In this document: one piece after another, positions 33,055 through 41,939 of the stretch | Layout: each line of letters begins with the position of its first letter | Position numbering within the stretch: position 1 is the first letter of the stretch | DNA from: a virus | Taxonomy: Duplodnaviria > Caudoviricetes | DNA length: 64,000 nt | Virus record (IMG/VR): IMGVR_UViG_3300017933_000003 | Location: 1-64,000 of that record | Direction: 5' to 3' (one strand) | Notes under the pieces: generated by a model | The model's database searches: none | Seen by the model: only the letters and a program-made list of their open reading frames with translations | What the model was told of the DNA's origin: nothing | Made by a program: the position numbers and the translations under genes

Positions 33055-33567
33055 ATGTCTGATAAGGTAACTATTGCGCAAGCTTTACGCCGAATTAAGA
33101 AACTCAAGGGGCAAATTGCGGAACATAGCACCCGTGCTCAACAAGGTGTCAGTTATGTTCAGGGTAAGACTCCTGCTTTCCGTTTTGCGGAAGCTGTTAA
33201 TGCTTTGCGTACAGCTCGCCAAGAGATGCTAGATTTGGAAGCTAGGGTTGCCTTAGCTAATGCTAAGAAGACGGTGACTAATGCCCTGGGCAATAAGATT
33301 ACGCTAGCTCAAGCTATTCGTCAGCTTCAAGAGTGGAAAGGAGAAATTGCCTTTCTTCGTAGTTTGAATCTGCGTTCAGAAATAGTTCGTGAGCGCGAGC
33401 AGAATTGGGATGAAGAGCAGATGAAGCACATCACTCGTGTTATGGAAGTGGCTTATGTGTCTGACCTTACTGAACAGGAGCGTGATGTCCAGATCAAATC
33501 TTTTCAAGATGCATTTGAAGATTTGAATAACCTCGTTGAGGAAGCTAACCACACGGTGTTGGTCTAA
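33055..33567 (+). CDS. coiled-coil protein (DIP1984-like)
   Basis: TIAQALRRIKKLKGQI...ITLAQAI...IEEAN-like architecture; AAGGA RBS. Confidence 0.55.
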   Translation: MSDKVTIAQALRRIKKLKGQIAEHSTRAQQGVSYVQGKTPAFRFAEAVNALRTARQEMLDLEARVALANAKKTVTNALGNKITLAQAIRQLQEWKGEIAFLRSLNLRSEIVREREQNWDEEQMKHITRVMEVAYVSDLTEQERDVQIKSFQDAFEDLNNLVEEANHTVLV

Positions 33568-33593
33568 AGATTCGCCCACAAGGGGCAAAGGAC

Positions 33594-33903
33594 TAGGGTA
33601 CGGAACGTAGCACCTAGGTAACTGGGATCCCTCCTCCAAAGGAAATGTCCTCGGACATTTAATTGGAACCGTTGTTATCTTCGGATACCAACAATAAACA
33701 AAGGCGCCCTGAAGGCATTACTTCGCTATCGATGCCGATAAAACCATCCAGCAATAATAAGCTGGTTAGCTGTTAGCAATTATAGCATCTGTAGCACTCA
33801 GCCCTGATAGGCAACCCCGAAAGGGTTGCGATGGGTAAGCAATGAGTTCTAAGCAGGAAGCATTTGTTCACCAGCTTACTAACGTACGAAACTTCGTACC
33901 CTA
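33594..33903 (+). ncRNA. about 310-nt highly structured RNA of unknown class
   Basis: 11-bp closing helix TAGGGTACGGA/TTCGTACCCTA; UUCG and GAAA tetraloop hairpins. Confidence 0.6.
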
Positions 33904-33916
33904 TTATTTTTATACT

Positions 33917-33966
33917 TGAATGAAGTTAGCTGGGCAATCGCTGGATAACTAGAGGAAAGTTCATTG
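33917..33966 (+). repeat. truncated duplicate of the RNase P RNA 5' end
   Basis: AGCTGGGCAATCGCT...AGAGGAAAGTTC versus AGCTCGGGTAATCGCT...AGAGGAAAGTAC at 33985-34022. Confidence 0.6.
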
Positions 33967-33977
33967 AATAATAAAAT

Positions 33978-34339
33978 GTAGAGTAGCTCGGGTAATCGCT
34001 ACATAATATGTAGAGGAAAGTACGGGCTTTATAGGACAAGATGCTGGTTAACGACCAGATACAGTAATGTAATGGAAAGTGCAACAGAAAATACAACGCC
34101 AACTGATAAGACCTAGTCTTATAAAGGGCAAGTGTGAAAAGGCGAGGTAATAGCTCACCGCATTTACAGTGATGTAAATGGCAAGTGCAAACCCCATCTA
34201 AAGCAAGGCAAACAGTAAACGCTTGAGGGCTGTCCGTCCAATGTTTACGGGTTGCTGCTTGAGTCAATAAGTAATTATTGACCTAGATTAATGATTGCCT
34301 GATTTTATACACAGAACCCGTCTTATAGGGCTGCTCTAC
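33978..34339 (+). ncRNA. rnpB: RNase P RNA (bacterial type A-like)
   Basis: GAGGAAAGTACGGGC and ACAGAACCCGTCTTA P4 strands with a compensatory A-U pair; P1 GTAGAGTAGC/GCTGCTCTAC; AACAGAAA, GGTAA and AAACCC...AGCAAG conserved blocks. Confidence 0.92.
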
Positions 34340-34754
34340 TTTTTCTATAATTAATAATGGCTGTTACTGCAATTTTAGTTTCCTCAACTGTAAGAAAATT
34401 ATTTCTTATTGAATTGCATTGTTTACAACAAGGTAAAACGTTATCAACAGTATATCCTTTAGTATTATCTATTCTGTCTAATCCAGATCCATATTTAGAT
34501 TTTGCAGCAAAGAAGTCTTCACAATAATAACAAGGTTTAGAAATCAATTTTGCATATTCATCAATAGTAATTGCCCACTCTTTATGAATTTTAATGCCTC
34601 TTTGTTTAGATTTTGCAAAACGAGATCCAATTTTTTGTTGTTGTTTAGATGCAGCCTCTTTGACTTGTGGTGTTTGTTGGTAACATTTTTTACATATTGG
34701 ACCAGTATACCACTGATAGCTTTCGTGTGTTCCGCATTTAATGCACGCTTTCAT
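34323..34754 (-). CDS. HNH-type homing endonuclease
   Basis: CYYC...GLDRIDNTKGYTVDNVLPCCKQCN. Confidence 0.82.
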   Translation of the reverse strand: MKACIKCGTHESYQWYTGPICKKCYQQTPQVKEAASKQQQKIGSRFAKSKQRGIKIHKEWAITIDEYAKLISKPCYYCEDFFAAKSKYGSGLDRIDNTKGYTVDNVLPCCKQCNSIRNNFLTVEETKIAVTAIINYRKSRAAL

Positions 34755-34817
34755 ATATTGAAATATATCAGCAATATCATCATTTTAAATGAAAAAAGAA
34801 TCGTTATTAGGTGTCAC

Positions 34818-35315
34818 ATGAAAAATAAAAATCCCATCACTAAAGGACCCATCACCAAGGGACTTGTAGTCGATTGGCAAGAAGCTCGCGAGAAAGCCGA
34901 TCAACTTGAAGATAAAATAACTGATCGACTTGATTACGTTATTCAAACTATTTTTGACGCCTTTGGCGTTATATTATACACCTGGTATTTTGGTGATGCA
35001 GCACAAGGAGAATTAGGTTCTCTCACTTGGGATGAACCAGAAATATTTATGGTTTGGGACGCTTCATCTCATGAAGAATTTATCATCCTCGACAGAGATG
35101 GGAACGAATTGATAATGGAAGGATCGGTACCTACCCGTTGGCTCTTCCAATCTTTCGAAGAAGAGCTAAGAGACGGCAAAAGAAAATATGAGGAGCAGGA
35201 GTCAGCTCGATTGGCGAAAGTTCTTTCTGTTAAGGAAGCTACTAAAAAGTTAGCTGCCAGTGCCAAAAAGAAGTTGACCAAAGAAGAGCTAGCAGCCATC
35301 AAGAAAACTTTATGA
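34818..35315 (+). CDS. hypothetical protein
   Basis: start placed at ATG 34818; ATGA overlap with the next gene. Confidence 0.6.
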   Translation: MKNKNPITKGPITKGLVVDWQEAREKADQLEDKITDRLDYVIQTIFDAFGVILYTWYFGDAAQGELGSLTWDEPEIFMVWDASSHEEFIILDRDGNELIMEGSVPTRWLFQSFEEELRDGKRKYEEQESARLAKVLSVKEATKKLAASAKKKLTKEELAAIKKTL

Positions 35316-35950
35316 AAATCAAACTAGCTTACCCTAAAATACCTGATACCTTGCATTGTCCACTTAAAAACTGTATAGCATTTGAGAAGATAGATGGAAC
35401 GTGTTTGCATTTTGTCTGGTCTCCTGAACATGGTTTCCACAGTTTTGGAACTCGAAGGGATCGATTCACTTATATTGATGCTAGCTTTGCTCAGTTTCAT
35501 CAGGATCATCCCGGGCTGAACGGGTTGGAACCAGCCTTCCAGAAAATCGAGCAGCCACTGTCAGATTTTCTGATCAAAAATTACTATAGCACCAAAGAAG
35601 TTATCATCTTCACCGAATTCCACGGACCTCACTCTTTTGCTGGCACCCACAACCTTAAAGAGGAAAAGAAGCTGACCCTCTTCGATGTGCAGGTAGATGG
35701 GGCGATGCTGGCGCCAGATGAATTTATAAAACTGTTTGAGCCCTTTGGCGTCCCCAAGGTGGTCTTTCGGGGAAAGTTCACTGGGCAGCTCTTTATGGAT
35801 GTGCGCAGCGGCAAGTATCCCGTTGCTGAAGGTGTGGTGGTTAAAGGCATGGTAGATGGTCAAGTCTATATGGCTAAGATAAAGACGAACGCTTATTTGG
35901 CAAAATTGAAGAATCAATTTAAGGATAATTGGCGAGAATATTGGGAATAA
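35312..35950 (+). CDS. ATP-dependent RNA ligase-like nucleotidyltransferase (Rnl2-like core)
   Basis: motif I EKIDG, III FTEFHG, IIIa LFDV, IV EGVVVK, V AKIK. Confidence 0.78.
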   Translation: MKIKLAYPKIPDTLHCPLKNCIAFEKIDGTCLHFVWSPEHGFHSFGTRRDRFTYIDASFAQFHQDHPGLNGLEPAFQKIEQPLSDFLIKNYYSTKEVIIFTEFHGPHSFAGTHNLKEEKKLTLFDVQVDGAMLAPDEFIKLFEPFGVPKVVFRGKFTGQLFMDVRSGKYPVAEGVVVKGMVDGQVYMAKIKTNAYLAKLKNQFKDNWREYWE

Positions 35951-35952
35951 TC

Positions 35953-36228
35953 ATGGCGATGGATGAAACACATGCTTTGGCGGCAGCTATCATAACTGGT
36001 AGTAAAATTCAGCTAAAACTGCAAGATAAAACTTTAGTAGCCGAAGTTATTTCTGCTACCATCCATTGCAACCATAGCACCGGCTCTTTTGACGGTTCCG
36101 TCAATTTCTTAATAGAAGGTGAACGGTATGCCAAGATTGAAGCTTTCTACAATATGTGGGTGCAAGGTTGGGAGCCTGTAAAGCCAAATGAGTATTTAGC
36201 TTATTTAGGTGGTTGTAATGCAACATAA
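35953..36228 (+). CDS. hypothetical protein
   Basis: 91-aa ORF from ATG 35953. Confidence 0.5.
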   Translation: MAMDETHALAAAIITGSKIQLKLQDKTLVAEVISATIHCNHSTGSFDGSVNFLIEGERYAKIEAFYNMWVQGWEPVKPNEYLAYLGGCNAT

Positions 36229-36386
36229 TCTTCGTGGATAACGTAGATCAACAGCGACAGTCCCCAACGGTTGTCGTCAGCGATGAAGCTATCTTTTTTG
36301 CTGTTTCTGATGGTAGAGCAACGCCAAGATGTAAGCATCTTGGTCGATGACCTTGGGGCTCCACAATTATTTTTAATTGATTCGCG

Positions 36387-36414
36387 TTGACACTCTCCAA
36401 GCTGTGTATATAAT
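36387..36414 (+). promoter_or_regulatory. sigma70-like promoter
   Basis: TTGACA-16 nt-TATAAT. Confidence 0.6.
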
Positions 36415-36458
36415 TACTAATATACATGAGGCACATCCTCTAATTTTGGAGAATTACT

Positions 36459-36782
36459 ATGAACGCAGATATTGAAACTATGGTTACCAGTGCTAAGGCA
36501 GCTTTTGAAGCAGCCCAACGCATCATTGATGGGATGAAGGATCGCGAACGCATTCAACTTAAAGATTTAGCAAAAGATGTAGGTTTAGCTTTAGCATTAG
36601 ATCCAAAAGAAGTGTTTGGGTTTGTTTATCATTTTGCCCACAATAATGGCAGCGCCTATGTTACTCGTGGCAAGAATGGTGGCGTCATTAAAGGCGTTAA
36701 ACCAGTTAAAGTTGTAAAGGTCAAGAAAGTTAAGGCAGCTCCTGTTATCGTATCTACCGATGACACTGACACTCAGTCATGA
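36459..36782 (+). CDS. hypothetical protein, YVTRGxxGG family (paralog of 6023)
   Basis: AYVTRGKNGGV followed by a Lys-rich tail; GGAG RBS. Confidence 0.65.
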   Translation: MNADIETMVTSAKAAFEAAQRIIDGMKDRERIQLKDLAKDVGLALALDPKEVFGFVYHFAHNNGSAYVTRGKNGGVIKGVKPVKVVKVKKVKAAPVIVSTDDTDTQS

Positions 36783-37105
36783 GTAAAGACCGAGAGCTTC
36801 TGGCTCAATTACTTAAATCATGGGCACAGAATCATACTACTGGATATATTGTGGCGGATACTGCCCTGGGTGACCGAGGCGTTAGTAATACGGGAGCATT
36901 TTTTACTTGGTTAGTTCGAGAGACGGACTGCCACATTGAACTAGTTGACTTGCTCAACCGACTAGAAGAGTACGTGGAGAGTATCCGCCGTCGTAAAGGA
37001 ATGGACGGAATGTTCTGCTGCAAATGCGGTCAATTCTATGATTTTGCGGAAGCCAACCAAGAGGATGGCTCCATGATTTGCTATTCTTGTAGACATAGGA
37101 CTTAA
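36779..37105 (+). CDS. hypothetical protein with C-terminal zinc ribbon
   Basis: CCKC...ICYSC. Confidence 0.6.
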   Translation: MSKDRELLAQLLKSWAQNHTTGYIVADTALGDRGVSNTGAFFTWLVRETDCHIELVDLLNRLEEYVESIRRRKGMDGMFCCKCGQFYDFAEANQEDGSMICYSCRHRT

Positions 37106-37106
37106 A

Positions 37107-37565
37107 ATGAGTAAAGAGCAAGAAAAATTAGAGGCTATCAATTATGAATTGGGTGCTATGATTCAGTGGTTGGAAGATCGTATTTCTTATATTGAAGAGA
37201 GCGTGGGAATTCCTTTTGGTCTGGAATATTATCAAGAGATGCTGTCCAAATTAGTTTTAGTGAGGCGCGGCAACTATCCAAACCTCGAAAATATATTTCG
37301 TTTTCATGACGCCAAAGTATCCAAATTGTTAGACCGTATTGATCGGCTCGAAGAAGAGCCCATAAAAGAGAGTATGAAGTCTGATACTATTAAAGCCGCG
37401 ATTCTTTTAATTCAAGAGGGACGCACCTTAGCTCTTCAAGGAGAATATGGTTCTCGAGATTTAGAATATACAGATGTTCGAGAGCGCTTTGATGCTGCTA
37501 TTAATCTTCTGCAAAAACTGGTAAATGATTCTGATAATAACGCCAGTCCTATTACTAAAGAATAA
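37107..37565 (+). CDS. hypothetical protein
   Basis: 152-aa ORF. Confidence 0.6.
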   Translation: MSKEQEKLEAINYELGAMIQWLEDRISYIEESVGIPFGLEYYQEMLSKLVLVRRGNYPNLENIFRFHDAKVSKLLDRIDRLEEEPIKESMKSDTIKAAILLIQEGRTLALQGEYGSRDLEYTDVRERFDAAINLLQKLVNDSDNNASPITKE

Positions 37566-37575
37566 TAGTATTGAG

Positions 37576-38115
37576 ATGGCAACAAAACTAGAAATTGAAA
37601 AGAAGTTCCTGGTTAAACTTCCACAATCTTGGTCAGATTTGGCGGAGATGTTTGATGACATTGTGGATGTTAAGCGTATCATTCAACAATATCTCACCCC
37701 AAAAAATGGCGAGCCGGCATCCAGGGTTAGGAAGACGGTGGAAGGTTTGGAAGGGCAAACCAAGACTGTATATCATTTCAATCAGAAAAAGCCCACGGGT
37801 GATACTGGCACCCACGAAGAGACAGAACGAGAAATTTCTGAAAAGGAATATCAAAAATATCTCAAAAACGCTAACCCCAGTAAATGCGCCGTGGAAAAGA
37901 CTCGTTTCGTTTTCAATTGGCATGATCAAGTCTTCGAATTAGATTTGTTCAAAGGTCATCTCAAAGGATTGGCTATTCTGGAAATTGAGCTGGACGACAA
38001 GGATGATAAGGTAGAGCTGCCACCTTTCTTGAGGGTTATCAAGGAAGTAACCAAGGATAAGCGTTTTACTAATTTCGCGTTAGCCGATAAAAAGTTGCAA
38101 CAGAGAAACAGCTAA
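37576..38115 (+). CDS. CYTH-domain (triphosphate tunnel metalloenzyme) protein
   Basis: LEIEKKFLV, VEKTRF, FELDLF and LAILEIEL motifs. Confidence 0.88.
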   Translation: MATKLEIEKKFLVKLPQSWSDLAEMFDDIVDVKRIIQQYLTPKNGEPASRVRKTVEGLEGQTKTVYHFNQKKPTGDTGTHEETEREISEKEYQKYLKNANPSKCAVEKTRFVFNWHDQVFELDLFKGHLKGLAILEIELDDKDDKVELPPFLRVIKEVTKDKRFTNFALADKKLQQRNS

Positions 38116-38137
38116 TAACACGATATATAAAGACTAC

Positions 38138-38213
38138 GTCGCAGTACCAAAATGGCTACTGGCTGTGGTTGCAACCCACATGTTTGTCCGTTCGATTCGG
38201 ACCTGCGACTCCA
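38138..38213 (+). tRNA. tRNA-Cys(GCA)
   Basis: GTCGCAG/CTGCGAC+U73+CCA; TGTGG-TTGCAAC-CCACA. Confidence 0.9.
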
Positions 38214-38217
38214 TAAT

Positions 38218-38307
38218 GGAAGGTAAATTGCGTGGGACGCAACCGTGCCTGGAAAGTACGCGGCACCTATAAAAGGGTGTTCGGATCGAGACCGATGCCT
38301 TCCTCCA
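38218..38307 (+). tRNA. tRNA-Ser(GGA)
   Basis: long variable arm; loop CTGGAAA; T-loop ATCGAGA. Confidence 0.85.
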
Positions 38308-38983
38308 ATATAATTTTTACTTGTTCCCATCGTTTATTTTTGAGAACTTTGTTCAAATATTTGTCATTTTGACAGTCTAGCTCGAATAGTTTGATACCTA
38401 GATCAGAACACTTATCTCGTTTTTCTTGATCGAGTTTTTGGATCTGCGCCAACTTCGTCTGCCCATAAATAGGTTGATAATGTAGGACGCCGTTGATTTG
38501 AATAGCTAATTTGAGAGTGGGAAAATAAAAGTCCAGCTCTGACCCGATGATACTTTTTGAATTGCATTCAAATGATAGGTTAGGGAAAACAATTTTGACC
38601 TGATCTTCAATATATTGCTCTATTTTCGAACGACGCGTACCATATTCTTTGTTTCGATTATTGAAGACAGCTGCACATGATTTACTACAAAAATGATTGC
38701 CGCTTTTGCTTTTATTCATTTGGCTAATGAGTTTCTCGAATAGAATTCCGCAATTAGTGCAAGTCAATTTTTGAGATGTAGATTCATAATTGTAAAGGCA
38801 CTTACGAGAGCAGAAAAACTTTTTATTTCGTCGCAGCCCTCGCAAAATTTCGCATTGTGCCTTATAATGTAGCTCACCGCACTGAGCGCATTTTATAAGA
38901 TAGCACAGTCGTTTGCCGTTTGACATCTCCATTTCTTTGGTATCAAATACCTGTAAGTTTTGCATGATATAAGTTGAGTCCAT
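38267..38983 (-). CDS. zinc-finger + PD-(D/E)xK-like endonuclease (paralog of 48642)
   Basis: FCSRKC, FCSKSC; RRSKIE...ELDFYFP...AIQINGVLHY. Confidence 0.75.
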   Translation of the reverse strand: MDSTYIMQNLQVFDTKEMEMSNGKRLCYLIKCAQCGELHYKAQCEILRGLRRNKKFFCSRKCLYNYESTSQKLTCTNCGILFEKLISQMNKSKSGNHFCSKSCAAVFNNRNKEYGTRRSKIEQYIEDQVKIVFPNLSFECNSKSIIGSELDFYFPTLKLAIQINGVLHYQPIYGQTKLAQIQKLDQEKRDKCSDLGIKLFELDCQNDKYLNKVLKNKRWEQVKIILEEGIGLDPNTLL

Positions 38984-39054
38984 CCCAGATATATATCAGC
39001 GAATCACGATCTTTCCGCAAAGAAAAGATCGTCATATTTAGGTATAATATGTAT

Positions 39055-39147
39055 GGAAGGCAAATCCGCCAGGGCTGCGGAGCTAGTCTTGAAAACTAGT
39101 CGTCCCTTTAATCGGGGATGCGTTTCGATTACCGCTACCTTCCTCCA
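39055..39147 (+). tRNA. tRNA-Ser(UGA)
   Basis: CTAGT-CTTGAAA-ACTAG; long variable arm; CCA. Confidence 0.88.
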
Positions 39148-39180
39148 AACGTATCAATAACAGGATATAAGTAGTATTAT

Positions 39181-39264
39181 GGAAGATGAATCGGTCGGGG
39201 ACCGAGCCTCTTTGCTAAAGAGTGCGTACCTTATGGGTATGGGAATCAAGATCTCCGTCTTCCG
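39181..39264 (+). tRNA. tRNA-Ser(GCU)
   Basis: GGAAGAT/GTCTTCC+G; anticodon GCT; T-loop ATCAAGA; no encoded CCA. Confidence 0.8.
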
Positions 39265-39272
39265 TCAGATAC

Positions 39273-39346
39273 AGGGGTATCGTCTAATGGTAAGACTGCC
39301 GCCTCCAAAACGGCTAATGTGGGTTCGATTCCTACTACCCCTGCCA
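39273..39346 (+). tRNA. tRNA-Trp(CCA)
   Basis: AGGGGTA/TACCCCT+GCCA; loop CTCCAAA. Confidence 0.9.
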
Positions 39347-39353
39347 GATTAAG

Positions 39354-39662
39354 ATGACACAGAAAGTTTGTCAGGAAGTCTATAAGCAAGAGGGCTGCCC
39401 TGATCGCCATTGCACATTAGATTACTATCACGTTGGTTGCTGTGAAGACGAAACAGGTTTTATGTTTATCGTCGAGCATCTACCTTTGGGTTTCAAGGTA
39501 TATTGGCCGGACCATCTAGGTAATGGACCAAGTGGGTATCCTATGAACAACCCAGCCTTCGATAAGGCTGCCCAAAAGGTGCTCGACGAACGTAAAGAAG
39601 ATATTGAACAGGCTGAAGATTTTTTGAAAGTGTTAGGTAATAACCTTCGACGATTGAAATAG
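39354..39662 (+). CDS. hypothetical protein
   Basis: 102-aa ORF. Confidence 0.55.
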   Translation: MTQKVCQEVYKQEGCPDRHCTLDYYHVGCCEDETGFMFIVEHLPLGFKVYWPDHLGNGPSGYPMNNPAFDKAAQKVLDERKEDIEQAEDFLKVLGNNLRRLK

Positions 39663-39683
39663 ATCATATTCAGGAAAGAAAAT

Positions 39684-40304
39684 ATGCTACCTCCCAAAGA
39701 TGAAGATCCAACCCTGTGGTCCTTAAAATTTCAATACCAACAGCGAGACTGGTTCTATGATGTTGGGTATGATCAATTTGGTCGTCCCGTGTTATACGTT
39801 AAGTATGAGTGCCCAGAAACTATCTGGGATATCCCAGATCGTTGGGATGGCAAACAGTTGCTGGTGCACTTTGCACCCAGTGCTCCCAATTGGAAGAGCG
39901 ATTATGTTAGCGTAGAGTCTACCTCTCGTCTACCTGTAGCGGTATCGTTCTCTCCCAAGGTTTTTATCGAAGCTGCTAAAACAGCTCAAACCAAAGGTAT
40001 CGATACTGGATTCGTTGGAGCTATGGATGCTGAAGGGATAGCAATATTGGATCGGTTGGCAGAGCAGGAAGAAGCAGAGCGAGAGCGTGAGCTGGAACTG
40101 AGTGTTCGAGCACTGACTGACGAACTGGATCGGTTGGAACGGATCTGCGGTAGTAATATCTTGCAGGACATTTTCTATGAAGTCCAGGATGGTAAGAACG
40201 CTGTCACCAACCTATCTGCCAAATTCCCTGAGGTTCGTCAAAGGATGGAGAAGTTGCATGCCAAGTATGGCTTCGATATTATCTACGAGGAGTTGGATGG
40301 CTGA
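39684..40304 (+). CDS. hypothetical protein
   Basis: 206-aa ORF. Confidence 0.6.
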   Translation: MLPPKDEDPTLWSLKFQYQQRDWFYDVGYDQFGRPVLYVKYECPETIWDIPDRWDGKQLLVHFAPSAPNWKSDYVSVESTSRLPVAVSFSPKVFIEAAKTAQTKGIDTGFVGAMDAEGIAILDRLAEQEEAERERELELSVRALTDELDRLERICGSNILQDIFYEVQDGKNAVTNLSAKFPEVRQRMEKLHAKYGFDIIYEELDG

Positions 40305-40524
40305 TTGCGTTCTACGTCACGATTTTTCCTGTCTCCACGCAGGTAAAGTCTGTGCTTGGGATAGCTATGATTATAGCGATCCAAAAACCAAATTGGTAAC
40401 TCATTTGGAACCAGGCACTTCAGCTAAGATAATCTCCAGGAAGTTTCCTGGAATCTTGGTGAAAATTAGTGACGGAACCCAATATTGGGTATGTGAATGG
40501 GATGTTTATAAAATCGGTGGGTAA
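40297..40524 (+). CDS. small hypothetical protein (SH3-like possible)
   Basis: GAGGAG RBS before ATG 40297. Confidence 0.55.
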   Translation: MADCVLRHDFSCLHAGKVCAWDSYDYSDPKTKLVTHLEPGTSAKIISRKFPGILVKISDGTQYWVCEWDVYKIGG

Positions 40525-40541
40525 GTGCAAAGGAGTTAAAA

Positions 40542-41060
40542 ATGACGAATGTTAAAACGATTTCCAAAAATAGAATAAGCGAACTATTGGAATTATTTTC
40601 CAACGGCGATAATGCTGATTTCAAATTAGAACTATTCGATGGTCTAATGCTATCTAAAAGAAGCTTAGTAGAAGCAAAGGTTCAAATAGACCGATGGAAT
40701 ACGGTTACTACACAATGGATTTTTCATAGCTCAAAAGAGCAAATGGTTATTTCTCTTTTTGAGAAAGATAATGTAGAAAATTTAAATACTAGCGGGATCA
40801 AGGAAGCCTTAAAGGTAGTTGTTAAATATTCCACTGCCTTAGATCTCAATAAGAATGTAGATGACTTAACAGGGGAAGAATTAAAGTCTCTTTTCAAAAT
40901 AAATAATTCTTCGTTCCGAATTTGGGGAGCTGATGTGATTTTTACGGACAATATCGATCCTCATATGGGTATTGGGCTATCCGTAAATAACGATGATACT
41001 TTACGCCCTAATGATAGTGGGAAATTAGCTAATAGCATTGTCGTTTTTGATATACCATAA
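40542..41060 (+). CDS. hypothetical protein
   Basis: AAGGAG RBS; 172 aa. Confidence 0.6.
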   Translation: MTNVKTISKNRISELLELFSNGDNADFKLELFDGLMLSKRSLVEAKVQIDRWNTVTTQWIFHSSKEQMVISLFEKDNVENLNTSGIKEALKVVVKYSTALDLNKNVDDLTGEELKSLFKINNSSFRIWGADVIFTDNIDPHMGIGLSVNNDDTLRPNDSGKLANSIVVFDIP

Positions 41061-41071
41061 TTTGGAGAAAT

Positions 41072-41428
41072 ATGGGAACCGAAAAGAAACTCATCCGCAA
41101 GAATTTTCGAGACGCTGTGTTCAAGCGTGATGGGCATATGTGTGCCATGTGCGGCACGACTTCTGCGATCTGGCAAGCCGCACATAAAATTCCTATTACT
41201 ATTGAGACTTGTCTCGACGCCCATCACATAAGCGATCGAAATTTGCTCCCTAATGGCGGATACGTTCTCGAGAACGGCATTTCTCTCTGCCCCGACTGTC
41301 ATCTAAAAGCCGAAGAGTTTCATTCTACTGGGGCAGCCCATCCTGGTTATGCTCCCGAGGATTTGTATAAAGTAATCAACTCTACATATGAAATAGCGGT
41401 GGAAGCAAGCAAAAAATTGAAATCTTGA
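41072..41428 (+). CDS. HNH endonuclease
   Basis: VFKRDGHMCAMCG...LDAHHI...NGISLCPDCH. Confidence 0.82.
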   Translation: MGTEKKLIRKNFRDAVFKRDGHMCAMCGTTSAIWQAAHKIPITIETCLDAHHISDRNLLPNGGYVLENGISLCPDCHLKAEEFHSTGAAHPGYAPEDLYKVINSTYEIAVEASKKLKS

Positions 41429-41546
41429 TATAGGTTATTATAGGGTTGTCTTCTAATAAAAAGGCATTTCTATATCCCAATTACTATAGGAGGAATTCAC
41501 TACTTTTTCTTTTCACGCTCAACTCTTATCATATTGGAGTAGCATT

Positions 41547-41906
41547 ATGACTATCAACGACTTGAAAGTTCTAACACTAATTGACACAAAAAACTCTAAC
41601 GACCAAGATGAGGAATTTAATATCCCGATCGATATCTCTGACATTATTAGCATTTGCAGAGAATATAATAAGTTAGGATGGCAAATTCAACAACAAGTAG
41701 AGAATATTCTAGAAGTCGGTATGGAAGAGTCCATTAAAACTGGATACGTGAAAAAAGAAGCTTTACCTCTTATCAAGAATTTTTTGCGTCAGCTTTCTAA
41801 CAATCCTTACTTCGGCGATGCAGTAAGCCAGGCACACGATGTCATTAAGTTGATCCAGAAATATGAACAAGAGCATGGCATTATCTATGTTTCTAGTTTT
41901 AATTAA
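41547..41906 (+). CDS. hypothetical protein
   Basis: GGAG RBS; 119 aa. Confidence 0.6.
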   Translation: MTINDLKVLTLIDTKNSNDQDEEFNIPIDISDIISICREYNKLGWQIQQQVENILEVGMEESIKTGYVKKEALPLIKNFLRQLSNNPYFGDAVSQAHDVIKLIQKYEQEHGIIYVSSFN

Positions 41907-41939
41907 AGCCGATTAAAGAAATTTCCGATATATGGGAGA

